64,000 nucleotides of DNA from Candidatus Pacearchaeota archaeon (GTDB lineage Archaea > Nanobdellota > Nanobdellia > Pacearchaeales > GW2011-AR1), in the NCBI GenBank assembly GCA_041649295.1, contig JBAZNI010000001.1, positions 288,115-352,114 of the forward strand. The letters are read 5' to 3'. Below are positions 41,613 to 50,210 of this stretch, one piece after another. Within the stretch, counting starts at the first letter, position 1. Each line of letters begins with the position of its first letter. The position numbers were made by a program, and so were the translations under genes. A model generated the notes under the pieces. It was given only the letters and a program-made list of their open reading frames with translations. It did not search any database and was not told the DNA's origin.

Positions 41613-43682
41613 CTATTTCCCAGCTCTGAAATCTCTTAACTGCTTGTATTCTTTATTTCTTTCAAGAAAACTACTTATAAACTTCTTATTTTCAGAGCTA
41701 TCAAGTATTTCTCCAACTATAAATGTTTTAATGCTTGATTTATCAGGATTAGGGGACATTTTAACAAGGTTCATAGAAGATTTTCTTGCCTGCTCTCCTA
41801 CAAGTATAGTGTTATCTGCTATGTCTGCAATTCTTTTAGTTGAAATAAGAACATTGCCAAGAGGGGTAAATATCAGCTTTCCACTTTGCTTTTTTGCAAC
41901 AATTTCCCCCTCATTTACACCTATTCCAAAATCAATCTTTTGGGCATATTTTGAATTGTGTATTCTTAATGATTCTGCAACTGCTCTTGCTGTTTTTATT
42001 GCACTAAAGCTGTTTTGTAAAGATCTTGTAGCAATTGGCGCAAATATTCCAACAACATATTCTCCAGTATCATATACTTTTCCATCATTTTCAGATATCT
42101 TATTTATGGCCTTTTTCAAATTTTCATTGGCATTTGTCTTGCTGTTTATAACTTCATGGTAATTCTTTATTTTAATTGCGATTATCCCTGAATTTTGCTT
42201 TTCTCCATCTACAACCGAAGAATGTTTTGCTTCGTTGCCAAGAGTTTCAAAAACAGGCTTAATTATTTTTTCTTCCTTAGGTGAAGCTAATTTAATTACC
42301 CCTCCCTTCTTATCTTCTGAAAAGGGGATATTGCCTCCAAATGCAGAAAACTTGCTAATCCCATAGGGGAATTTATGTTTAATCACTTTTCTTGATGTAA
42401 GCAGGATAAACATCCCAAATATAACAATAAGTATTAGCCATGCAAAAGAATTTCTGTTTACAACTTCTCCAAAACTGCCGGGCTTTCTGTTTTTGGAAAT
42501 AGAAATTGAATTTCCTGTAAGAGCAACAGTCCCATGATGGAATGTCTCACCATCCCCAACACTTATGTTATACTCTCCATCAGGTGCACTTAAAACATAT
42601 TTAATTGAATTGCCAACACTTAAATTCAATTCTTTAACTTCAGTATAATTCCCTATAGTTATTTCAACAAATTTATCATAAGGCACATTTCCAACATTTA
42701 AGAGGGTTATAGTATCATTGACTATTATAAAAGAAATTTTTTTGTTCTCGCTGACATAAAATTGGGTTTTAGTGGAAATACCTTCAGACTCTGCACTTAT
42801 ATTCCAGTATCCTAAAACTGCATTTTCTTCAAAAGATTGATAACTTGATTCCCCAGTGTTTCCAATTATATTAAATGTTTCCCTTCCATCTGCACTAGTT
42901 ATTATATAACTTGCAGTTTTTCCATTTATATTGTAATCTGCCTGATCATAAAGAATTGATGTAAACTCAAGATTTTCACCTGGTTTTATGCTTGAAGGAA
43001 CTGACAATTCAAGTTTTGTTGGCAGCGAGTTTATTGTTATAGTGCTGTTTGAAACTCCAAAATTAGTAACTTCTCCAAAACTATCTTTTTCATAAATGAA
43101 TATATTAAGCTGATATTCTCCTGAAGCTATATTTTCCGGAAGAGAAATATTCCCGCTGAATTTATTATCTGTTACAGGAACAATCATCTCTAATCCATTT
43201 GAAGAAAACTTGATTTCTGCAAATCCATTAATTTTTTGTTCATTTGTTTTTTTTGCTGTTCCTGTAAATATTAATGTTTCATTTGGATTAAAAGATTCTG
43301 CATTAAACTGAAGTGTGAAAAATATCTGTCCGGTAATTTCAAAATCAAGGCTGTTTTTCTCCCCATCATTTGCCACTATAAGAATATGGCAAGCTCCATC
43401 CATATCCCTTAAAAACTCTCTTGTAAGAGGAGCAGAAATATAATAAGCAGTTGTGTCTTTTGTCAAGTAATTATAATAAAGCAGTTTTGTGCTGTTTCCG
43501 CACACCATTTTTAAATCAACCCAGCCTTCTTCACCATCTGTCCCAAGAACAAGATTCATAACATCCCCTATGGAATATATTTCTTTTGGCTGTTCAATAA
43601 AAAATGTACTGGCATTTGCTAATGAAACCAGGAATAAACTTAAAACTAAAAATGACGCCAATCCACCTGCTTTTTTCACCAT
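41613..43682 (-). CDS. Receptor-like membrane protein: large extracellular domain, one TM helix, cytoplasmic degenerate class III cyclase-like domain
   Basis: Signal peptide and TM helix (FAWLILIVIFGMFILL). The C-terminus has IIAIKIKN.., KVYDTGEYVVGIF, FGIGVNEGEIV and TPLGNVLISTKRIADIA in the order of CHD motifs, but the metal-binding Asp residues are replaced. Confidence 0.45.
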   Translation of the reverse strand: MVKKAGGLASFLVLSLFLVSLANASTFFIEQPKEIYSIGDVMNLVLGTDGEEGWVDLKMVCGNSTKLLYYNYLTKDTTAYYISAPLTREFLRDMDGACHILIVANDGEKNSLDFEITGQIFFTLQFNAESFNPNETLIFTGTAKKTNEQKINGFAEIKFSSNGLEMIVPVTDNKFSGNISLPENIASGEYQLNIFIYEKDSFGEVTNFGVSNSTITINSLPTKLELSVPSSIKPGENLEFTSILYDQADYNINGKTASYIITSADGRETFNIIGNTGESSYQSFEENAVLGYWNISAESEGISTKTQFYVSENKKISFIIVNDTITLLNVGNVPYDKFVEITIGNYTEVKELNLSVGNSIKYVLSAPDGEYNISVGDGETFHHGTVALTGNSISISKNRKPGSFGEVVNRNSFAWLILIVIFGMFILLTSRKVIKHKFPYGISKFSAFGGNIPFSEDKKGGVIKLASPKEEKIIKPVFETLGNEAKHSSVVDGEKQNSGIIAIKIKNYHEVINSKTNANENLKKAINKISENDGKVYDTGEYVVGIFAPIATRSLQNSFSAIKTARAVAESLRIHNSKYAQKIDFGIGVNEGEIVAKKQSGKLIFTPLGNVLISTKRIADIADNTILVGEQARKSSMNLVKMSPNPDKSSIKTFIVGEILDSSENKKFISSFLERNKEYKQLRDFRAGK

Positions 43683-43794
43683 TATAAATTTAATCTATTC
43701 TAGTATTTAAACATTTTGTGGTTGTTATTATGTTAATAGTAAATTGCAGAGCAATCATATAAAAGTTTTTAAATATCTTACTGCAAGAATAATA

Positions 43795-44028
43795 ATGGTA
43801 TGCAAATATCAAAATGAATGTGAATTATATACCCCTCCTGATAAAATAATCCATCAAATAGGCCCAATCCTAATTGATCCATTTAAAGAAATTATTTGTT
43901 GTAGAGATACTAGTGAGTTTAGTTGCCCTCATGCAGATTTGCTGGACAAAGTAAAGAAATTGGAATCATGCAGGAGAAAACCAAATAATCCTGAAAATGG
44001 GCATCAAACTGAAGCATTATTTGGTTAA
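43795..44028 (+). CDS. Small Cys-containing hypothetical protein
   Basis: The ATG at 43795 (MVCKYQNECELY) is preferred to the TTG start of the ORF track. Confidence 0.35.
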   Translation: MVCKYQNECELYTPPDKIIHQIGPILIDPFKEIICCRDTSEFSCPHADLLDKVKKLESCRRKPNNPENGHQTEALFG

Positions 44029-44092
44029 TATGCTATTTTTACACTAATAATTGCTCTTCAAATTCTGTCAGGAGAACTTTTATAAATCCCTT

Positions 44093-45229
44093 ATGCTTTT
44101 AATGGGCATGACAGGAAATAAAGTGACTCCTTGGGAAGTTAGTGGCATAATAGATTACGAAAAACTAATAAGAGACTTTGGTGTCAGCAAAATTGATGAA
44201 AATATTTTAAGTTTAATTAAGAAAGGGGCAGGAGAAGTTCATTTTATGCTTCACAGAGGTGTGTTTTTTGCGCACAGGGATATGAAATTTATACTTGATG
44301 AATACAGCAAAGGAAATAAGTTTTTTTTATACACTGGAAGAGCGCCATCTGGGAAAATTCATTTAGGGCATTTGCTTCCGTGGATTTTTACAAAATGGCT
44401 GCAGGATAAATTTGATGTTGAACTTTGGTTTCAGTTTCCAGATGAGGAAAAATTTCTGTTTAAACAGAATCTAACCTTCAAAGAAATTGAAAAAAATCTT
44501 TATGAAAATATGCTGGATATAATTGCCCTGGGTTTTGATCCTAAAAAAACACACTTTATAATTGATACAAAACATGCAGGATTAATGTACAAGCCGGCAT
44601 GTGAGGTTGCTAAAAAAGTAACATTTTCAACTGTAAAAGCATCTTTTGGCATGACAAATGAAACAAATATTGGAAGTATTTTTTATACTGCAATGCAGGC
44701 AGTTCCTGCATTCTTGCCTTCAATAATTAAAGGAAGAAAAATTCCCTGTTTAATCCCCCACGCAATAGACCAAGACCCTCATTTTAGGATAACAAGGGAT
44801 ATAATACCAAAGTTAGGCTATTACAAGCCAGCTTCAATTCAGTGTTTATTTCTCCCGCCACTTTCAGGGATAAATGGAAAAATGTCTTCTTCTGAAAATG
44901 ATGCTATATTTACAACTGATACCCCTGATGAAGTAAAAAATAAAATAAATAAATATGCATTTTCAGGAGGCAAAGACACTCTGGAAGAGCATAGGAAATC
45001 AGGGGGAAATCCTGACATTGATGTTTGTTTCCAGTATTTAAGAATGCTATTGGAAGAAGATGATAAAAAACTTGAGCAGATTTACAAAGATTATAAATCT
45101 GGGAAAATGACTACAGGTGAATTAAAAAAATATACAATTGAAAAAATAAATTCTTTTTTGAAAAAACATCAGGAAGCAAGAAAAAAAGCAGAAAAAATTA
45201 TTGACAAATTTATTTATAAATACCAATAA
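44093..45229 (+). CDS. trpS: Tryptophanyl-tRNA synthetase (archaeal/eukaryotic type)
   Basis: VTPWEV.G.IDYEKLIRDFG, HIGH-type GKIHLGHLLPW, and KMSSS. The start among 44093/44102/44108 is uncertain. Confidence 0.8.
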   Translation: MLLMGMTGNKVTPWEVSGIIDYEKLIRDFGVSKIDENILSLIKKGAGEVHFMLHRGVFFAHRDMKFILDEYSKGNKFFLYTGRAPSGKIHLGHLLPWIFTKWLQDKFDVELWFQFPDEEKFLFKQNLTFKEIEKNLYENMLDIIALGFDPKKTHFIIDTKHAGLMYKPACEVAKKVTFSTVKASFGMTNETNIGSIFYTAMQAVPAFLPSIIKGRKIPCLIPHAIDQDPHFRITRDIIPKLGYYKPASIQCLFLPPLSGINGKMSSSENDAIFTTDTPDEVKNKINKYAFSGGKDTLEEHRKSGGNPDIDVCFQYLRMLLEEDDKKLEQIYKDYKSGKMTTGELKKYTIEKINSFLKKHQEARKKAEKIIDKFIYKYQ

Positions 45230-45259
45230 GTTTTTATACATGCAATTATAGATTCTAAA

Positions 45260-45799
45260 ATGTCGACAGAATTTTATGTTCATATTGATGAATTAGCAGA
45301 TTGGAACAGAAAATCCATCCCAAGAGGGTTAATTAAAATGAAGGACGGCAACAATCTTCTAATTGGAATTTGCAGAGGAAATCAAGACAGGCATATAGTA
45401 TTAAGTGATTTGTTGCATGAACAGTTAGGTGAATGGGAATTAGGCAGATTTTCGAAAAATTGTCCTGCTACTATTAAAGAGCTTCGTAGTTCAGACAAAC
45501 CATTTTATGCAAAGTGGTCAAAAGAAAGTCCAATTGAATTTTTTGATAAATCCCTTAGATTTTGCTGGTCTGTTAATCTTGCCGGTAAAAACAGGGAAAT
45601 TAACTGCCCTGATGAGTATCACCAGAGATTATTAGAACTATGGGGCTCGTTTTTAGATAATGAAACTTCTGTCTATCATGGCTCTTCTTACCCTATTTAT
45701 AATTGGGAAAATTTGAAAGAAGCTGTTTTTGGGGAAGAAAGAATCATGGAACCAAGCATGTTTGCACAAGGTTCTACAAGAATAATGCGGACAGATTGA
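45260..45799 (+). CDS. Hypothetical protein
   Basis: 179-aa ORF; no family recognised. Confidence 0.45.
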   Translation: MSTEFYVHIDELADWNRKSIPRGLIKMKDGNNLLIGICRGNQDRHIVLSDLLHEQLGEWELGRFSKNCPATIKELRSSDKPFYAKWSKESPIEFFDKSLRFCWSVNLAGKNREINCPDEYHQRLLELWGSFLDNETSVYHGSSYPIYNWENLKEAVFGEERIMEPSMFAQGSTRIMRTD

Positions 45800-45833
45800 T
45801 TTGCCTTTTAGTAAATTTATGCAAGCAAGAACA

Positions 45834-46052
45834 TTAATTTTTTTTATGTATTTTAAATTCTGTATATGCACACTTTCCGCAGTATAACCTATTATTTGTA
45901 TCCATTAAAAATATTCCTGGTCCGCACCTTGGGCAGGTTTTTGCCCTTTTTACAGTATTTCCTTCTATAGTGTATTTTGAATATTTCTTGCTTGTTGGCT
46001 TGTTTTTGTGAGGTTTCTTTCCTTTTTTTTCAACTTTTTTCTTTTTTCCCAT
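45834..46052 (-). CDS. rps27ae: Ribosomal protein S27ae (eS31)
   Basis: Basic N-terminus followed by the CPRCGPGIFL..YCGKC zinc ribbon. Confidence 0.85.
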   Translation of the reverse strand: MGKKKKVEKKGKKPHKNKPTSKKYSKYTIEGNTVKRAKTCPRCGPGIFLMDTNNRLYCGKCAYTEFKIHKKN

Positions 46053-46054
46053 TT

Positions 46055-46375
46055 TTATTTCCCTTCTTTATTTGCTTCGCTTGTTTTTTTAGATTCTTCA
46101 GCAAGAGCTTTTCTTTCTTTTTTTGTAGTTGTTTCGTATTTTTGTTTGTCTTTAATAGAATTATAGATTTTTGCATGAACTTCAAAATTTTTAATCCCAA
46201 ATTTGCTTTTTATTTTTTCAATGACTATATTCTCTTCTGGTTTTTTGAATTCTTCAGAAAGCATTTTAACCACGTCTTTTTTTGAAGGGGTTACATTGCT
46301 ACTGATTATTACAACTATTTCCTCTCTTTTTAATAAAAGATTATTTTTTTTACTTACAATATTTTTTTCAGCCAT
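46055..46375 (-). CDS. rps24e: Ribosomal protein S24e
   Basis: NNLLLKREEI.. TPSKKDV..LSEEF.. FGIKNFEVHAKIY pattern, adjacent to S27ae. Confidence 0.85.
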   Translation of the reverse strand: MAEKNIVSKKNNLLLKREEIVVIISSNVTPSKKDVVKMLSEEFKKPEENIVIEKIKSKFGIKNFEVHAKIYNSIKDKQKYETTTKKERKALAEESKKTSEANKEGK

Positions 46376-46385
46376 TTTATAACGA

Positions 46386-46538
46386 TTATTTTATTTTTTT
46401 AAAATAGTCTCCTTTTTTATTTAACCCCAATTTTTTAGCTAGTTCTGATTTTTCAGGATCAATTATTATTATACGCCCTCTGATTTTTTCCATGTTTATT
46501 TTTTCAAGTTCTGGTTTTTTTTCTTTGTTTTCTGCCAT
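46386..46538 (-). CDS. Spt4/RpoE''-like protein lacking the zinc ribbon
   Basis: IRGRIIIIDPEKSELAKKLGLNKKGDY matches the Spt4 C-terminal half (W.G..I...PEKSEIAKK.GI..KG.YA). No CxxC..CxxC is present. The ATG lies 1 nt after the ACP-like stop. Confidence 0.6.
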   Translation of the reverse strand: MAENKEKKPELEKINMEKIRGRIIIIDPEKSELAKKLGLNKKGDYFKKIK

Positions 46539-46539
46539 T

Positions 46540-46806
46540 TTAATAATTTTCCTTGTATAATTTAATAACCTCATCTAAAAATGTTCCTACTCTCTGGTTT
46601 TCTAGATGGGGTAACAGATTAAGATCAATAGGATGATCTTCTTCAATTCTAATTCCAAGTTCAAGTAAGTTTAGCGAATCTATTCCATAATCTTCAAGAG
46701 CTTTTGCTTCATCTAGTTCCTTAGGAGTTAATCCTTTTGCAAGTTCCTCATCGTTTATATAGTCACAAATTGTTTGTTTTAATTCAAATCGAATATCCCT
46801 TTTCAT
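46540..46806 (-). CDS. Acyl/peptidyl carrier protein-like (ACP) domain protein
   Basis: ALEDYGIDSLNLLELGIRIEEDHPIDL aligns with the ACP phosphopantetheine site (..[20 protein letters not shown]). An ATGA overlap joins it to the rpoE' stop. Confidence 0.65.
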   Translation of the reverse strand: MKRDIRFELKQTICDYINDEELAKGLTPKELDEAKALEDYGIDSLNLLELGIRIEEDHPIDLNLLPHLENQRVGTFLDEVIKLYKENY

Positions 46807-47405
46807 TTCTTTTTTGCTCCTTTCTTTTCTTTCTCAACTTTTTTTTCAGCTGATTTCAGTGTTTTTTTGCTCTTTTGTTTTTCAGATTCAATCCACTCTA
46901 TTTTTCCTAATCCTGGCTGCCTCATTGTAAGCCCTATTTTTGGTTCTCCTAATTTATAACTTATTGCAACAATTCTTGCAATGCAATTATCTCCTTTTTT
47001 GAGAGTATGTTTGTTTGCTTTTCCCACTAACACATTTGTTTTGCTGAAGCTTACATAATCATCCATTGTCTGGCTTATATGAATCATCCCCTGTATAGAG
47101 CCCAAATCAATAAATGCCCCAAAATTTGTAATTTCTGATATTGTTCCATAAACTAACTCCTGCATTTCAGGCTTCCATACAATTAATTTAAACTGTGATT
47201 TATAATATACTGCGCCGTCACCGGGGATAATTACCCCCTCATCAACATCTTTAACTCCTGCAACTGCTACAACTGAGCCAAGTTCTTTGTCAAAATAATT
47301 AAGGTAAGTTTCTTTTAACTGCTGCTCTACTGCTTTTTTTGTCGGCAGTCCAAACAATTTTGGCTCAACTCGTATATAATCTTCAACATCTATTAGATAG
47401 TACAT
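46803..47405 (-). CDS. rpoE1: DNA-directed RNA polymerase subunit E' (Rpo7)
   Basis: N-terminal MYYLIDVEDYIRVEPKLFG and S1 domain GTISEITNFGAFIDLGSIQGMIHISQ. Confidence 0.85.
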   Translation of the reverse strand: MYYLIDVEDYIRVEPKLFGLPTKKAVEQQLKETYLNYFDKELGSVVAVAGVKDVDEGVIIPGDGAVYYKSQFKLIVWKPEMQELVYGTISEITNFGAFIDLGSIQGMIHISQTMDDYVSFSKTNVLVGKANKHTLKKGDNCIARIVAISYKLGEPKIGLTMRQPGLGKIEWIESEKQKSKKTLKSAEKKVEKEKKGAKKK

Positions 47406-47538
47406 TTTGTCCCTGTAAATTTAATATAATAAGTGGTAAAAATAGGTTTATAAACGTTACTCTAGCATTTGGCAAATCTAAAGTATGATTATTTTAGAAC
47501 ACAATAATGTTTAAAAATGGTTATAATTATTCAATTAA

Positions 47539-47781
47539 ATGGAAGGACGTAAACAATATACTATTTATACATCAAAGCCAAAAGCAGAAGAAGCACTTAA
47601 AGAATTAAGGGACAATGTAGCTAAATTCTTATCTGAAAGGCGTTTAATTTTTGGTGGACAGGCACAAGTTTTACCTATAACATGTGCTGATGAAGGAAGT
47701 GTGATTAGATACCTTGCTTATCAGACAGTAACTTATGAATTGCCTAAAGAAAGAAGAATTTGCGGGCATGAGCCTTGGTAA
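47539..47781 (+). CDS. Hypothetical protein (80 aa)
   Basis: ORF only. Confidence 0.35.
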   Translation: MEGRKQYTIYTSKPKAEEALKELRDNVAKFLSERRLIFGGQAQVLPITCADEGSVIRYLAYQTVTYELPKERRICGHEPW

Positions 47782-47799
47782 TTTTTATAATTAATAATT

Positions 47800-48192
47800 T
47801 TAATTTTCAGCAATTTGATTCTTTTGCTTTATTGTTAAGAATCTTGCATGTTTATTTGCTCTTTTGATTTTGTTTTTTAGTTCTCTGTCAAGAGTTGCAA
47901 CATAAATGTCTTTTTTATTTTTAATATAACAAACAATCCCGGAATCAGCTTCTTTTTTTTCAAGATTAATTATTTTTACTTTATTTTTGCTTATAACCTC
48001 AAGCACAATTTCTGCAGCCTGCCTGTCAGTTAGTTTCTGCTTTGAATTTTTTATTTTTTCTAATTCTTGAATTACTAAATCTGGAATAAGCACTTCAAAA
48101 ACCCCATATTTTTCTTTTAGGCTTTCAAATAAATCAATTTTGTTTTTTACAGCGATTATTAAAAAATTGGTGTCTAATATTATTTGCTCCAT
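47800..48192 (-). CDS. PIN-domain nuclease (Fcf1/VapC-like)
   Basis: IILDTNFLI.. with acidic residues at PIN positions; 130 aa. Confidence 0.65.
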   Translation of the reverse strand: MEQIILDTNFLIIAVKNKIDLFESLKEKYGVFEVLIPDLVIQELEKIKNSKQKLTDRQAAEIVLEVISKNKVKIINLEKKEADSGIVCYIKNKKDIYVATLDRELKNKIKRANKHARFLTIKQKNQIAEN

Positions 48193-48242
48193 GATTAAAG
48201 TAAAATCCCAATCTTTAAATAACCTTTTGTATTAATTTTTAT

Positions 48243-48800
48243 ATGCAAGAAAGAGGGCATGTAATTTCGGTTTTAAGGAAAGTCAGGAAAGCTATCACAA
48301 AACATGACAGCGGAGAAATAAAACAGCTCAGTGATCAGACAATTCATTCTGCAACTATTTACAATGATGAGGATAATCTTCTTGTTGCTGTTGTAATTTA
48401 TGCACTTAGCAAGATTATTGAAAGGGGCGAGAAATATTACAAGGATAATTACCATAAATATCTTGGAGTTTACACAAAAGCTATTGATAAATCTATAATA
48501 GATTTGACAAATAATAATGATGAAGATTTTAGGAAACAGATGAAAATATTTACACAACAAAGCGAGATTTCGGGGGATTTGAAAAGGCATTTGCAGGATA
48601 TGTTTCAAAAAGCAAGGATCAATAAAGCGTCTAAAATTTATGAGCACGGAATTTCTATGGAAAGAACAGCAAATCTCCTAGGAATTTCTTTATGGGAATT
48701 GGCAGAATATGCCGGGCAGAGCAATGTAGCAGACATGTCCCGAGGAAAAACAATTGATATTAAAGATAGATTGAGAAAAGCAATGGAGATTTTTAGATGA
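48243..48800 (+). CDS. Hypothetical protein with C-terminal HTH
   Basis: ISMERTANLLGISLWELAEY. Confidence 0.4.
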   Translation: MQERGHVISVLRKVRKAITKHDSGEIKQLSDQTIHSATIYNDEDNLLVAVVIYALSKIIERGEKYYKDNYHKYLGVYTKAIDKSIIDLTNNNDEDFRKQMKIFTQQSEISGDLKRHLQDMFQKARINKASKIYEHGISMERTANLLGISLWELAEYAGQSNVADMSRGKTIDIKDRLRKAMEIFR

Positions 48801-49195
48801 AACAACAAATTTTATTTTTGTGCAAATATAATCGGTTTAGAAGCAAACTGGCAGAAGCTTTTTTTAATAAATATTACAGAGGAGATAAATACCGCGCTGA
48901 AAGTGCAGGCATTATTAAAGGATATCCTTCAAGTAAATATGTTGTTTTAGCTGGAAAAGAAAAAAAAGCGATTGTAAAAATTAAAACACAGCCTGTTTCA
49001 GAGTTATTATTATCTAAAACAAATATTTTAGTAATTGTTGCAAATGATGTTCCTAAAGAACTTTTTAAGGGCAGAGTGAAAAAAATAATTGTCTGGAAAA
49101 TTCCAGACACTCACCAAAGCGATTTAAAGAGAATCAAAATTATTGCGAAAATGATTGAGAACAAAGTGATTAAATTTGCAGGAGAGTTGAAATGA
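48797..49195 (+). CDS. Low-molecular-weight phosphotyrosine phosphatase / ArsC-like
   Basis: ILFLCKYNRFRSKLAEAFF (CX5R-S P-loop). Confidence 0.7.
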   Translation: MKQQILFLCKYNRFRSKLAEAFFNKYYRGDKYRAESAGIIKGYPSSKYVVLAGKEKKAIVKIKTQPVSELLLSKTNILVIVANDVPKELFKGRVKKIIVWKIPDTHQSDLKRIKIIAKMIENKVIKFAGELK

Positions 49196-49329
49196 AAATA
49201 ACAGCTTATGAAAAAAGAAAATATGTATTAAAGGATAAAAAAGATTTTATAATCTTAGAAAAGATAAAACAAATTGAAAAATTAAGGATAAATAATACAA
49301 ATAAACTATTAAAAAAGCACCAAAAATGA
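49192..49329 (+). CDS. 45-aa ORF translationally coupled on both sides (possible antitoxin of the downstream PIN-like protein)
   Basis: ATGA overlaps lie at 49192-49195 and 49326-49329. Hand translation begins MKITAYEKRKYVLKDKKDF... Confidence 0.35.
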   Translation: MKITAYEKRKYVLKDKKDFIILEKIKQIEKLRINNTNKLLKKHQK

Positions 49330-50003
49330 AAGCAATAATATTTGACTCTGGAACTTTAATAACTTTTTCAATGAGTGGTCTGCTAGATTTATTAAAAAAC
49401 TTGAAAAAATCATTTAATGGAAAGTTTTTGATTACTAAAGAGATTGAATATGAATGTATAAAACGCCCTATGCAGATTCCTAAGTATAAATTGGGTGCTA
49501 TGAGATTAAAAGAATTAATTGATGATAAGATTTTAGAATTTCCAGAGTCAATGGGCGTTGAAAATAATTTATTAGAATTAAGGGCAAAGGAGATCTTCAG
49601 AAAGGCAAATTCTGCTTTTGAAGCAAAAGGAAGAATGATACATATAATTGACAGAGGAGAATGTTCTTGTTTAGCTTTAAGCGAGATGCTTTCTGAAAAA
49701 GGTATTGAAAACGTGATTTGTATTGATGAGAGAACAACAAGAATGATGTGCGAGAAACCAAAGAATCTTCAGTTGCTATTAACTGAAAAACTTCATACTC
49801 CAATAAACATGCTTGCTAATTTTGGAGAGTGCAAATTTTCATTTATTCGTTCTTCTGAATTAGTTTATGTTGCGTTTAAGAAAGGATTGATAAAAGATAA
49901 ATCCAAAGAAATGCTTGATGCTATGCTTTACTCTGTGAAGTTTAAGGGTTGTGCTATTTCTAATGAAGAAATCAGAGAAATTGAAAAGTATATCTTGCTA
50001 TAA
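49326..50003 (+). CDS. PIN-like domain protein
   Basis: AIIFDSGTLI N-terminus, with later IDRGE and IDERT acidic motifs. Confidence 0.4.
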   Translation: MKAIIFDSGTLITFSMSGLLDLLKNLKKSFNGKFLITKEIEYECIKRPMQIPKYKLGAMRLKELIDDKILEFPESMGVENNLLELRAKEIFRKANSAFEAKGRMIHIIDRGECSCLALSEMLSEKGIENVICIDERTTRMMCEKPKNLQLLLTEKLHTPINMLANFGECKFSFIRSSELVYVAFKKGLIKDKSKEMLDAMLYSVKFKGCAISNEEIREIEKYILL

Positions 50004-50210
50004 ATAAAAATCTTGCAGATTAAAATTGAAATGATGGGCATATTCAATGGGTGCAATTTAATAGATTAGTTATATAGATATTATAATCTCTACCAGATGT
50101 AAGCTAATATTAGAATTTTCTTATAAATTTATAAACATTAAATTTCTTGATATTTTATGGGTCTATAGTTAAATGGTAAATTTTAAATATATCCGTATAT
50201 TTATTGTAAA

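Noticed and set aside
45977-46285. 102-aa F/C-rich ORF antisense to S27ae/S24e
   Set aside because: It is antisense to two recognisable ribosomal protein genes and its translation is low-complexity.
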